A stretch of DNA of 64,000 bases. Source: an uncultured delta proteobacterium. Lineage in GTDB: Bacteria > Myxococcota > Myxococcia > Myxococcales > Myxococcaceae. The DNA is taken from the NCBI GenBank assembly GCA_963776345.1, contig CAVZMH010000015.1:64001-128000 (forward strand), in the 5' to 3' direction. Every line of letters begins with the position of its first letter. Position 1 is the stretch's first letter. Shown piece by piece: positions 8,229 to 19,876 of the stretch. The position numbers and the translations under genes were made by a program. The notes beneath the pieces were generated by a model. The model had not been told where the DNA came from. It did no database searches and saw nothing but the letters and a program-made list of their open reading frames with translations.

Positions 8229-10352
8229 CTAGCGCGCGGGACGGCAGAGCAGCCGGACGCGGCGCAGCGCCTCGGCGGTGCGCGGACCCGGCCGCGCGTG
8301 CCGCACCAGGTACCCCGCCACGGGCATTCCCCGCTGCGCCAGCAGACCTTCGAGCAGCAGCACGGCCTCACCCGCACGCTCCTCGAAGGGCGCGAGCGAC
8401 GCGGCCTCGGCGATGGCCTCGAGCGCGTCCACCGTCCAGGGGTCGTCCTTGCCGAGGTCCTCCGGGGGCTCGGGGAACATCGCATCGAACCGGGCGGGGT
8501 CGACGGGCGGCGGCCCGGGCTCCTCCCCCGCTGCGACGCGGGCCAGCGCGTCCAGGTGAGGCCGCAGCCGCTCGAGGTCGACCCCTTGCACCCGCTCCGG
8601 TCCGGGCAGCAGCGTGGGCGGCCGGAAGTCGAAGTCGAGGGGCATCCCGGCGAGGCTCGCGTCGTCCAGGTGCAGCCAGCCGGCGTCCCGGCCCGCCGCG
8701 CGCAGCCGGGCCACCCACCCCTTGAGCCACCGGTTCTCCTCGCCGACGCACACCACCCGGAGCGACACCGGGAGGCCCCGGAGAGGCGCCCACGCGGCCT
8801 CGATGCGCTCGACGTCGACCGCGTCCTCGCCATCCGTGACCACCACCAGGAGCGCCGAGGCGAGCGCCGGGTCGCGCCGGGCATCGTGGAGCCAGCGCGC
8901 CGCGCCAGCCAGCGCCGCGCTCAGCTCGGTCATCCCGCTGCAAGGGCCGCCGCCCAGGAGCCGGCCGATCCACGCCCGGGCCGTGTCCGCGGTCTCGATG
9001 CGCTCGAACCGGAGCGTGCGGTCGCCGAAGAAGCACACGTCGAGCGGGTCCAGTGGCACACCCCCCAGCGCCTGCCGCCGGAGCGCGTCCAGCTCGGCGA
9101 GCAGCAGCCCGTCCCGCAGCCGCGCGCGCGGGCCCCGCATCGAGCCCGAGGCGTCGGCGAGGTACACCCGCGCACGGACTCGCCGCGCCGGGCGTGGGGC
9201 CGTGCCTCCCACCAGCCGCCGCACGCGCTGCGCGCCCGAGGCGAGGTCGTGCACCAGCCGCCGGGGGTCCTCCACCACGAAGTCGCGGACCTCGGCGACG
9301 CTCGAGGTGACCGCCAGCTCCAGTCGCCGGTCGGGCGCGATGTGGCGGCTGTCCGCCGACGCGACCCGCTCCCCGGCGAGCGGTGCGTCGTCCCAGGCGA
9401 CCAGCCGCGCCGCCGCGCGGCCGAGGCCGAGGTCGAGGCGAGGACGGTCCTCGGCCCCGGGCTCGAGCAGGAGCTCCACCAGCCGGTCCTCCCCGGCCGC
9501 CTCTGCGGGCTCCGGGGGAGGCGCCACCGGGCCGGACGCCGGGAGCTCGACCCGGAACGCCTCCAGCGCGGCGCGGAGCTCGTGCGCGGCCTCGACGCTC
9601 CCGGCCTCGACCGCCCGGAGGAACTGGATGCGAAGCGCCGCATAGGCCGCGCGGGGGTCCAGGCGCGCGTGGGCCAGCGTCCACGATGCCTGCCCGGCCC
9701 AGCCGCGGACCTCCGCGGGCACCGCGGCGTCCCAGGAGCGATCGCGCGCCGCACGGAGGCGGAGCGCCGTGGCGTCCTCCTCCAGTGCCCCCGCCTCCAG
9801 CAGGGCATGGGCCCGCTGCACGTCGAGCCGCCGCCGCTCGGGGTCGGCGACCTCGGCCAGCCCTCGCTCGAGCAGCAGGCTGGCCAGCACCGTCCGTGGC
9901 CTCTCCCACCGGCGTGGCGCCGGAAGCGACGGAGGCTGCGCCGGCCACTCCGGAGCCACCTCGCCCGGCGTCTCCAGCAGATCCGCGGTGCGCGCCACGC
10001 GCTCGGCCTGGAGGAAGGCCCGCTCGAGCCGGGCTCGCTCCCCCGCGCCCCAGCGTCCATGGGCGGTGCGCCGGCTCCAGCCGAGGCGTGCCTCCAGCGC
10101 GGCGAGCGCGGCGTCGGCGCGCTCGCCGAACCGCCGGGCGAGCTCGGCCTGCGTCCCCTCGTGCCGCGCCAGGCGCAGGAGGAGCCGGAGGTCCGCCGCG
10201 GTGTGCACGCCCGCCCGGGTCAGCCGGGCATCGAGGCGCTCCAGCGGCTCGAGCGACGGCGGCGGGCGCTTTCCGAGGAGAGAACGCCGGGGCCCGTTGG
10301 CCCGGAGCCGCTCGAACCGCGCCCGGAGGCGCTCCAGCCGCTCCGCCCGCAC
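8229..10352 (-). CDS. von Willebrand factor A domain protein (ViaA-like)
   Basis: MIDAS motif DASGS, then GMTEL and VVTDG. Confidence 0.85.
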   Translation of the reverse strand: MRAERLERLRARFERLRANGPRRSLLGKRPPPSLEPLERLDARLTRAGVHTAADLRLLLRLARHEGTQAELARRFGERADAALAALEARLGWSRRTAHGRWGAGERARLERAFLQAERVARTADLLETPGEVAPEWPAQPPSLPAPRRWERPRTVLASLLLERGLAEVADPERRRLDVQRAHALLEAGALEEDATALRLRAARDRSWDAAVPAEVRGWAGQASWTLAHARLDPRAAYAALRIQFLRAVEAGSVEAAHELRAALEAFRVELPASGPVAPPPEPAEAAGEDRLVELLLEPGAEDRPRLDLGLGRAAARLVAWDDAPLAGERVASADSRHIAPDRRLELAVTSSVAEVRDFVVEDPRRLVHDLASGAQRVRRLVGGTAPRPARRVRARVYLADASGSMRGPRARLRDGLLLAELDALRRQALGGVPLDPLDVCFFGDRTLRFERIETADTARAWIGRLLGGGPCSGMTELSAALAGAARWLHDARRDPALASALLVVVTDGEDAVDVERIEAAWAPLRGLPVSLRVVCVGEENRWLKGWVARLRAAGRDAGWLHLDDASLAGMPLDFDFRPPTLLPGPERVQGVDLERLRPHLDALARVAAGEEPGPPPVDPARFDAMFPEPPEDLGKDDPWTVDALEAIAEAASLAPFEERAGEAVLLLEGLLAQRGMPVAGYLVRHARPGPRTAEALRRVRLLCRPAR

Positions 10353-10358
10353 CGGCCG

Positions 10359-12662
10359 CTAGCCCCGCGCCGCGAGCAGCGCGCGGCTGAACGTCCCGAA
10401 CCCATCGGCCAGCGCGGCGAGCTCGGCCCGGAGGTCCTGGGCGCGGCGGGACGTCGGCCCGGTGACGGCCGCCTGCAGCTCGGCGTCGAGCTTCGCGAAC
10501 TCGCCCTCCTTGAGCGCCAGCGCCGGGAACCGGCTGGTCACCAGCGAGGCGAGCCGCTGGTCGGTCTCCCGGCCAGCCGCCGGCGCACCGTGGGGGGCGA
10601 GCGCGGCGTGCAGCGCGTCGTACCAGCGCCGGAGGTAGGTGACGCGGGCGGCGAGCTCGTCCAGCGCGTCGGCCCCGCCGGGCTCCTCGCCCAGCCTCCT
10701 CAGCACCCGGGCCGGGTCGCCCTCTGCCCCGTCCAGCCCGGCACGGTAGCGGCGGTACGCCTCGCCGGAGAGCGCCTCCGCCACCTCGATTCCCGGAAGC
10801 GAGCCGGACGCCCTGGGGCGCCCCCGGGCCGCGGCGGCCAGCGCCGCGCGCACCTCATCCGAGAGCAGCTCGGTCGACTCCAGGCGCTCGAGCGCCGGGA
10901 GCAGCGGCTCGTCCGGGCCGAGCGCCGCGACGTGGCCCAGCGCCAGAGCGCGGGCGACCGGCGTGAGGTCCAGCCCCGGGCTCAGCCGGTGGATGCGCTC
11001 GGCTGCGCGGTCCAGCGCCGCCCGGAGCCGGGCGAAGCCCGCCGCGTCCCCGGGCACGGCGCCCGCTCCGGTGAGCAGCAGCTGCAGCGCCTCGACCGCC
11101 GACCTCGCTGCGGCCTCGCGTGTCCCGGTGGCCTCGGCGTCGTCCGGAGAGAGCGAGGCGCTCCAGCGCGCCAGCGGCTCGAGCGTCTGCCCCACGGCGT
11201 CCACGCTGGCCGGCGGCGCCTCCGCGAACGCGCGGGCTTCCTCGATGAACCGGACCCGGGTGGCGGCCCCCGCCTGCCGCACCCGGTCCGCCAGGCGCGC
11301 GCGCTCGGCGGCGAGCTCGGGGGCCTCCAGCAGCGCGGGGAGCTCCGCGGCACGCCGGAGCTGCGCCTCGTCGAGCTCGCCCCGGAGCAGCGGCTCCACC
11401 GTGCGCACCACCTGGCCGGCCAGGCCGAGGAGCGTGGCCCGGTGCTCGCCGCGGATGGGGCGAGCGAGCCGCTCGCGGATCGCGCCGAGCAGCGGCGCCG
11501 CCCGGCCCAGCACGACCGGGGGCGAGCCTCCGGCGCCGAGGCGCTCGGCCTCCGCGGCCAGGGTGGGAAGCTCGAGCGCGCGCGCCTCGTCGTCCGCCGC
11601 CGCGCGGGCCTCGGCGAGCGCCCGCCTCAGCGCCTCGGCGAAGCTCCGCTGCTCGTGGCGCATCGTGGACAGCTGCGCCTGCTCGCGCGGATCGGAGGTC
11701 CGGGCGATCACCGTCTCCAGCTCGGCGCCCTCCGGGCCGGCGGTGGCGAAGAACAGCGACAGGGCACCGAGGTCCTCCGGCGTGGCCCGGAGCGGCCGGT
11801 CCCGGCGGCACGCGTCCCGCACCACCGCCGCCCGGAGCGCCCAGACCGCGCGCACCAGCGTGCGCTGCGAGAACAGCCGAGTCCCGGGCTCGCCCGACGC
11901 ATCGGCCGCCAGCGCGGGCTGGAGCGCGTCGACCAGCCGCTCCAGCGCATCCCGCACCTCGACCGGGACCGCCACCTCGGGCAGCAGCGCCTGGAGCCGG
12001 GCGAGCGAGGACCGCGGAAGCGTCGCCTCCACCGCGGGGGTGCGGGCCCGGAGCGCGCCCTCGAGCAGCGCGCGGCGGCTCTCGGCCCGGGCGAAGGTCG
12101 ACGGGACGAAGGCCCGGAAGGCGATCCGGTCGGCGAAGGCGAGGAGCAGCTCCGGCACCCGGGCCACCACCTCGGACAGGAAGCGGTTGCTGGTCAGGAC
12201 CGCGGTCTCGAGCAGCCCGCGCTCCACCGACGGGCCCTGCTTCAGCTCCCGTTCGTGCAGCGCGTTGAGCACCGCCCGGAGCAGCATGTCCCGCCCGTCG
12301 AAGATCTCGTCCAGGAAGGCGTAGCGGTGGCCGAGCATCCCCTCCTCGAGGATGTGCCGGGTGCGCCCGGTCTCGGTCAGCACCTTGAAATCGACCGGCC
12401 CGAGGAGGTCGGTCTGGACCGCGCCCTCGGTGAGCTGGCGGGTGAAGAGCGAGGCGCGCCCGTCCTCCTCCACGATGCCCCCGAGCACCGCATGGGCCAG
12501 CGCGCTCTTCGCCGTGCCGGGCGGTCCGGTGAGCAGCACGTGCTCACGGGCCAGCAGGGCGAGCGCCAGCTGCTCCAGCACCGCCTCGCGCTCGAGGAAC
12601 GCGCCGCGCTGGGCGTCGAGGAAGGCCTGGAAGGCGCGGGCGTCCGGTGCGAGGTCGCTCAT
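10359..12662 (-). CDS. MoxR-family AAA+ ATPase (RavA-like) with long helical C-terminus
   Basis: Walker A GPPGTAKS, Walker B FLDEIF, LNALHER, TSN. ATG 12662 preferred over 12743. Confidence 0.88.
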   Translation of the reverse strand: MSDLAPDARAFQAFLDAQRGAFLEREAVLEQLALALLAREHVLLTGPPGTAKSALAHAVLGGIVEEDGRASLFTRQLTEGAVQTDLLGPVDFKVLTETGRTRHILEEGMLGHRYAFLDEIFDGRDMLLRAVLNALHERELKQGPSVERGLLETAVLTSNRFLSEVVARVPELLLAFADRIAFRAFVPSTFARAESRRALLEGALRARTPAVEATLPRSSLARLQALLPEVAVPVEVRDALERLVDALQPALAADASGEPGTRLFSQRTLVRAVWALRAAVVRDACRRDRPLRATPEDLGALSLFFATAGPEGAELETVIARTSDPREQAQLSTMRHEQRSFAEALRRALAEARAAADDEARALELPTLAAEAERLGAGGSPPVVLGRAAPLLGAIRERLARPIRGEHRATLLGLAGQVVRTVEPLLRGELDEAQLRRAAELPALLEAPELAAERARLADRVRQAGAATRVRFIEEARAFAEAPPASVDAVGQTLEPLARWSASLSPDDAEATGTREAAARSAVEALQLLLTGAGAVPGDAAGFARLRAALDRAAERIHRLSPGLDLTPVARALALGHVAALGPDEPLLPALERLESTELLSDEVRAALAAAARGRPRASGSLPGIEVAEALSGEAYRRYRAGLDGAEGDPARVLRRLGEEPGGADALDELAARVTYLRRWYDALHAALAPHGAPAAGRETDQRLASLVTSRFPALALKEGEFAKLDAELQAAVTGPTSRRAQDLRAELAALADGFGTFSRALLAARG

Positions 12663-12742
12663 GTCGCTCGGGGGCGCTGTCCACCTTACCGCCGTCCCGG
12701 GGAGAGGACGCGCCCGGACCGGCCCGATTGCCCGCAATGACA

Positions 12743-12774
12743 ACGGGGCGAGCCCGGCTGTGGGCTCGCCCCGT
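12743..12774 (-). terminator. Probable intrinsic terminator of dnaK
   Basis: Perfect 13-bp stem ACGGGGCGAGCCC / GGGCTCGCCCCGT with a 6-nt loop, followed by a moderately U-rich tail on the minus strand. Confidence 0.6.
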
Positions 12775-12806
12775 CGGGACCCCGGGAACGGGGGCGTGCT
12801 CCCAGG

Positions 12807-14720
<1,914 letters not shown>

Positions 14721-14793
14721 GTGAAATGCCTCCTCGAAACTGCTTGAAATCCGGGAACTTCTGCGCCGGGACGCACCCGGCCTCACGTTGGCG

Positions 14794-14821
14794 AAGCTAA
14801 CCAGGGGTGCAGGTGTGTCAA
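14794..14821 (-). promoter_or_regulatory. Candidate sigma70 promoter of dnaK
   Basis: TTGACA-16 nt-TAGCTT on the minus strand. Confidence 0.45.
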
Positions 14822-15034
14822 ACCGGGCCCCCGGGAGGCGGACCCGTGTCGGGTGCCACCGCCCCGACGCACCCAGCTGACACCTGCCGTTAGCACCTGG
14901 ACCTTCCTGCCGGCGGCTCCGTGGCCGCAACTCGTCGGAATCGTTACAGGCGGGTGACATCTCTCCACCCTCTTCAGACTGGCCGAGGTTTTGAACGCAC
15001 TGCGCCAGCAGGAGTCCCCGACCTGACCGCACCT

Positions 15035-16102
15035 GTGCTTGCCCAGCTGTCGACCCGAGCCCGCGAGCCCGTCGAGCCGGCCGCGCCGCGCGTGGCCGTG
15101 CTCCTCAACGCGCGCGCCCGGAGGGTCACCCCCCGGGTGCTGCGCGCGCTGTCGCACGTGGTGCCCCGCTCCGACCTCTACCTGTCCCGCTCTCCGAAGG
15201 ATGCGCGGCGCATTGCCCGGACCATCCTCAGCCGCGGGTACGACACCGTCTTCTGCGGAGGCGGCGACGGCACCTTCATCGGCTTCGCCGACGAGATCCT
15301 CTGCGAGGCCGAACGGGCCCACGCCACGGCCCCCCGCTTCGGCGTCCTGAAGCTCGGGACCGGGAACGGGCTCGCGGCCCTGGTTCACGCCTCCCCCCTG
15401 CGCGACGGCGGCGTGGTGGACGACGTCCGGCGAGCGTGCGAGGGCGCCGTCCCCGGCTACCGGCCGCTCGAGCTGCTCAAGGTGGACGGCCGGCGAGCGC
15501 AGTTCGCCGGGCTGGGCGTCGACGCCCGGCTGCTCAACGACTACCTGGACCTGAAGTCGCGGGTGCACGGCACCTGGGGCCACTGGGCGCTCACCGGGGC
15601 GCGGGGCTACGCGCTCACCGTGGGCCTCCGCACCCTGCCCTACGTCTTGACCCACCGCCTCTCGTCCGAGGTGGAGGTCCGCAACGTGGCCGACGTCCCC
15701 GCGTACCGGCTGGACTCGAGCGGGCGCACCGTCGGCGAGGTGGCCCCCGGCGAGGTGCTCTACCGCGGGCCGGCGATGCTGGTCGCCGCGGGCACCATCC
15801 CCTTCTACGGGTATGCGCTCCGGATGTTCCCCTTCGCCGGGCAGCGCAAGGGCTACCTCCAGCTCCGGCTGGGCACGGTCAACCCGCTGGCGGCGGTGGC
15901 CAACGTCCGCTCGCTCTGGCGCGGCGAGTGGTTCCCCCGCACCATCCACGACTTCCACGCCGTGGCGGTGAGCGTGCAGGCCGCTCGGCCGATGCCCCTG
16001 CAGATCGGCGGCGACGCAGCCGGCGAGCGCACCTCGGTCGAGTTCCGGATGTCGAGCAAGCGGCTCGAGCTGGTCGACTGGTCGCAGCCGGCCTGCGCCT
16101 GA
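15035..16102 (+). CDS. Diacylglycerol kinase-family lipid kinase
   Basis: [14 protein letters not shown] and QIGGD motifs. Start uncertain. Confidence 0.88.
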   Translation: MLAQLSTRAREPVEPAAPRVAVLLNARARRVTPRVLRALSHVVPRSDLYLSRSPKDARRIARTILSRGYDTVFCGGGDGTFIGFADEILCEAERAHATAPRFGVLKLGTGNGLAALVHASPLRDGGVVDDVRRACEGAVPGYRPLELLKVDGRRAQFAGLGVDARLLNDYLDLKSRVHGTWGHWALTGARGYALTVGLRTLPYVLTHRLSSEVEVRNVADVPAYRLDSSGRTVGEVAPGEVLYRGPAMLVAAGTIPFYGYALRMFPFAGQRKGYLQLRLGTVNPLAAVANVRSLWRGEWFPRTIHDFHAVAVSVQAARPMPLQIGGDAAGERTSVEFRMSSKRLELVDWSQPACA

Positions 16103-16405
16103 AGCCTGCGGCCGAGGGTGCTCGGAGAGGACGACGGCCGGCGCGGTGCGTGCGCTCGAGCTGACTCCGGACGGCCCGCCTCTGAGTGACGCCGGGAGGC
16201 CCGTGGGCAAGCCGGACCGGGCAGTGCGTGCGCCGGGAGCTCGCTCCAGACGGCCTGCGTGGTCTCGATGCGCTCTGGGATTGCCAGGCTGACGGGTCGC
16301 ACGGGCGGGGCGGAACTGCACCCCGGCGCGCGTTCCACGCCAGGACACCGAGAGGGCCTGGGCGACCCGGCTGCGCGGCCAGAGGGGAAACTGGAAAGGA
16401 AACGT

Positions 16406-16434
16406 ACCTGACTATTTCTCGGAAATAGTCAGGT
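16406..16434. promoter_or_regulatory. AT-rich perfect inverted repeat, operator-like
   Basis: ACCTGACTATTTC-TCG-GAAATAGTCAGGT (13-bp arms), with a further CCTGAC at 16441. Confidence 0.55.
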
Positions 16435-16495
16435 GACTTGCCTGACCAGTTCACGGCTCATGGTCGGCGCCCCTCGAGGCACCGCTCGCCTGGTG

Positions 16496-17194
16496 TCAGC
16501 CGCGATCCCGCGACGGCCGCGGCTTCTCGTCCGGCTCGCGCCGCCGGCCAGTCACGAGCGCGAAGCTGATCGCCGCCGCACCGGCCCGGTACAGCGCGGC
16601 CTCCTCGGCCAGCCCGTCCGGCGCCGCGCCGTAGAGCGCCTCCAGCTCGTCCAGCCCCAGGGTCTCGGCGAAGTCCGGCTCGTACCCGGCGCCGGGGAGG
16701 CTGGCCAGGAGCTCCTGCGGCGTGCGGAGCGTCAGCCCCCAGTGCTGCTCCCACTGCTCCACCAGCCCCGGGGGCGGACGCAGCAGCACCTTCACCGGCC
16801 GGACGAAGGCCACCCGTCCCTCGGGCGCCAGGAACTCCCGCGCCGCGCCCGCGACCTCCTCCCCGAGCGCGTCACGGCCGTGAAGCAGGACCAGCGCGAA
16901 CCGGCCGGCGAGCGCCGCCGGAGGCCGGTCGGCCCGGACGGCGTTCACCTCGGCGCGCACGCCCTGGAGCACCCGGTCCAGCGCCGACTCGTCCGGCTCG
17001 ACCAGGGTCACCTTCAGCCCGAGGCGGGACAGCGTGGCCGCGACGCTCCCCTGCGCCACGCCCCACTCCAGCACCTCCGCCCCGGCCGCCAGCTCGAGCC
17101 GGCGGACCAGCCGCACCACGACCGAGGGCCGACAGAACGGGGCCCGCGGGTCGCTCCCCTGGAACTCCTCGTTCGGGCGGTGGCCGCTGCGCAT
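16496..17194 (-). CDS. Divergent class I SAM-dependent methyltransferase-like protein
   Basis: Motif I-like EVLEWGVAQG, acidic VE after strand 2, LAPEGRV. Confidence 0.6.
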   Translation of the reverse strand: MRSGHRPNEEFQGSDPRAPFCRPSVVVRLVRRLELAAGAEVLEWGVAQGSVAATLSRLGLKVTLVEPDESALDRVLQGVRAEVNAVRADRPPAALAGRFALVLLHGRDALGEEVAGAAREFLAPEGRVAFVRPVKVLLRPPPGLVEQWEQHWGLTLRTPQELLASLPGAGYEPDFAETLGLDELEALYGAAPDGLAEEAALYRAGAAAISFALVTGRRREPDEKPRPSRDRG

Positions 17195-17204
17195 GGGTCG
17201 CTGG

Positions 17205-17516
17205 TCAGAGGTAGTACAGGATGCGCCGCTCCTTGTGCAGCTCGGTGTAGACGTGGCGCCGCTGCTCCTCGCTCAGCAGCACCACGGTGACCGAGACCGA
17301 GAGGTAGCGTCCCTCGCGCGAGGGCTGCTCGCTCATCGAGTCGGGGGAGACCTCCTGGCCCATGATGCGGTGGAACAGCGTCCGCACGTACTCGCGAAAC
17401 CCGTGCTCCTGCTTCCCCATCACCTTGAAGGTATAGGCGTTGGGGTACTCGACCAGCGGCCGCTGCTCGGGCGACCGCCGCTCCTCCCCCGCGTCCTGTC
17501 CCTCGTCGGTGTTCAC
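17205..17516 (-). CDS. DUF493 (YbeD/HP0495-like) protein
   Basis: LVEYPNAYTFKVMG and PSREGRYLSVSV motifs. Confidence 0.85.
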   Translation of the reverse strand: MNTDEGQDAGEERRSPEQRPLVEYPNAYTFKVMGKQEHGFREYVRTLFHRIMGQEVSPDSMSEQPSREGRYLSVSVTVVLLSEEQRRHVYTELHKERRILYYL

Positions 17517-18831
17517 AGGAGATTTGCCGCCAGCTCCGCGAGCGCGCTCCGCTCGCCCTTGGTCATGGTGATGTGGCCCGCGATGCGCTCCTGCTTGAAG
17601 CGGTTGACCACGTGCACCAGGCCGTTGGTCGTCGCGTCCACGTAGGGGTTGTCGATCTGGAACGGATCGCCGGTGAGGACGATCTTCGTCCCGTCGCCCA
17701 CGCGGGTGATGATGGTCTTCACCTCGTGGGGCGTCAGGTTCTGCGCCTCGTCCACGATGATGAACTGGTTGGGGATGCTCCGCCCGCGGATGTAGGTCAG
17801 CGGCTCGATTTCAAGAATTCCCAGGTCCAGGAGCTCGTGGTAGCCGCGGCCCGCCTTCTTGTCCGCGCGGCTGAGGTTCATCAGGAACTCGACGTTGTCG
17901 AAGATGGGCTGCATCCAGGGGTTGAGCTTCTGCTCCACGTCCCCGGGGAGGTACCCGATGTCGCGGCCGAGGGGGAAGATGGGCCGGCTGACGAGGAGCT
18001 TCTGGTAGTTCCCCTCCTCGGTCGTCTTGTGGAGCCCCGAGGCGATGGCCAGCAGGGTCTTCCCGGTGCCGGCCTTGCCGACGATGGTGATCAGCTTGAT
18101 CTCGTCGTTCAACAAGAGGTCCAACGTGTAGCTCTGCTCCATGTTGCGGGCCCGGATGCCCCAGACGCCCTCCTTGGCCGGCCGGACGAGCGGGACCAGC
18201 TTGCCCTTGGGGCGCTCATCCGCGCCATCGCGGTGTGCGAGGGGTTCTGGGCGTCCTTGAGCAGCACGAACTCGTTGGGCGCGAGCCCCTCCATCCCCGG
18301 GACGCTCACCTCGGCGGACGGCCGGTACATCTGGTCCACCGCCTCGCGGGAGACGAACAGCTCGGTGTGGCCGGTGAAGAGCTCGGAGATCTCCACCCGC
18401 TGCGCGTCGTAGTCCTGGGCGATGAGCCCGATGGCGTCGGCGCGGATCCGGAGCGACGTGTCCTTGGTGATGAACATCGTCGGCATCTCGGAGTCGCGCT
18501 CCTTGATGTCGAGCGCGACCGCGAGGATGCGGTTGTCCATCAGGGCCGGATCGCCCAGGGAGGCGGGGATGGTCCGGTGGGTGAAGACGACGCTCAGCAG
18601 GCCGCCACCAGGGAGCGGCACGCCCTCGGCGAGCGAGCCCTCGGCGCGGAAGGCGTCCAGGTAGCGAGCCACGACGCGGGAGTTGCGTCCCAGCTCGCTC
18701 TGGTCGCGCTTGAACTTGTCGACCTCCTCGATGACGTAGATGGGGATGACGACGTTGTTGTCGTCGAAGCTGAAAAGCGACCGCGGATCGTGCAGCAGGA
18801 CGTTGGTGTCGAGGACGAAGTTCTTTTTCAT
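17513..18831 (-). CDS. PIN-PhoH (PhoH2) family protein, split by a one-base frameshift near 18210
   Basis: PIN FVLDTNVLLHD in ORF 18109..18918; GKAGTGKT, IRGRS and DEAQN in ORF 17513..18142. Adding one base at the C run gives an uninterrupted ORF of 440 codons. Confidence 0.9.
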
Positions 18832-18940
18832 CGACGGGCCGGGGTGTTCCCTCGGGCGAGACCTCTCTCGTGCGGTGGGCCTGCGGTTCCTCGCTGTCGT
18901 TCGCGCCAGTATAGGCATGGACCCGACGCGCCCGGCCCGC

Positions 18941-19876
18941 TCAAACGTCGCCGCGAGGGGGGCGGAGAAGCTCCTGCGCGCTCTGCGGCACGGGCGGCGG
19001 GGGCATGAGGTCCCAGGGGAACCTCCGCCGGAGGCAGGCCAGGTCGAAGCGGTACACGCGCCCGGCGGCTCTCCGGCGCGCCGCGTGGCGGCGGACGGTG
19101 TTCACCGCCCGGCCGACTTTCGCGTCGAGCGGCGCGACCATCAGATCCGGGGTCCACATCACCCGTTCGCCGCCGGACCGGACGCAGCCGAGGTCCAGCG
19201 CCCAGGAGAGGAGCCAGAGGGGCCGGAGCCGCGGGTCGGCCCGGAGCGCGTCGAAGCGCGCCTGCGCCGCTCCGTCGACGAACCGGAAGTACCGGGCGTA
19301 GGCCCATGCGGCATGGAAGCTGCTCGGGCGGAGCGCCATCCCCTCGGCGCCGACCCGCTTCGCCATGAGGAGGAGCAGCTGGATGACCTCGGCGGACAGG
19401 CGGAGGCCCGGGAACTGCTGGCCGGGCAGCGGCGGATGGTGCCAGTCGAAGGACTTTCCGGGGTTTTGCAGGAGGAGCGACTCCAGGAACAGGAGCGGGA
19501 CGTCGGCCACCCGGCGCCCGAGCCCGAGCTGGTGTCCGCTGACCTGCCGGAGCGAGGCCTCCATCACCGGGGGATCGAAGAGGTCGCTGCGGACCACCAC
19601 CCGCGGGGCGAACGGATCCTGGAGCTCGAGGCTCACCGAGAGCTTGCCGAGCCCCTGCAACGCGAGACGGTCCAGCGTGCCGTAGGCGCGGGCGGCGTGC
19701 TCCAGCCCGCCTCGGCTGTAGGTCTCCCAGGCGAGACGGGTCCGTCCTTCGCGCGACGCGAGCCCGAGCTCGTCCCCGTCGCCGCCCTCCTCCTCCCCCT
19801 CCTGGGTGAGGGCAGCGAGGTTCATCCGGCGATAGATGTGCCACAGGCGCGACTGGACGCGGACGGTCTCGGTCAT
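18941..19876 (-). CDS. Hypothetical protein resembling the C-terminal extension of myxobacterial deacetylase-family proteins
   Basis: Coding-like composition, LLLQNP...LPGQQFPGL motif, 4-nt overlap with greB stop. Family recalled, not verified. Confidence 0.6.
   Translation of the reverse strand: MTETVRVQSRLWHIYRRMNLAALTQEGEEEGGDGDELGLASREGRTRLAWETYSRGGLEHAARAYGTLDRLALQGLGKLSVSLELQDPFAPRVVVRSDLFDPPVMEASLRQVSGHQLGLGRRVADVPLLFLESLLLQNPGKSFDWHHPPLPGQQFPGLRLSAEVIQLLLLMAKRVGAEGMALRPSSFHAAWAYARYFRFVDGAAQARFDALRADPRLRPLWLLSWALDLGCVRSGGERVMWTPDLMVAPLDAKVGRAVNTVRRHAARRRAAGRVYRFDLACLRRRFPWDLMPPPPVPQSAQELLRPPRGDV

Noticed and set aside
8229..12662. MoxR-vWA as an anti-phage defence island
   Set aside because: No nuclease, methylase or mobile context; composition matches the core genome and it sits next to dnaK.
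7026..12740. 1904-aa plus-strand ORF and other long Arg/Pro/Gly-rich ORFs (e.g. 86..1528, 34209..37094, 48378..50510)
   Set aside because: Antisense or off-frame shadows of recognisable genes. Stops are scarce in GC-rich DNA and these ORFs contain no domain motifs.
14890..14916. TTAGCAC resembling a CIRCE half-site upstream of dnaK
   Set aside because: No matching right arm (GAGTGCTAA) at the 9-nt spacing.
16103..16495. Retron msr-msd, SRP or 6S RNA in the intergenic gap
   Set aside because: No reverse transcriptase nearby and no recognisable conserved motifs of these RNAs; kept only as an unspecified ncRNA candidate.
18200..18220. Programmed frameshift in PIN-PhoH
   Set aside because: No slippery heptamer, and similar homopolymer indels occur elsewhere in the window.
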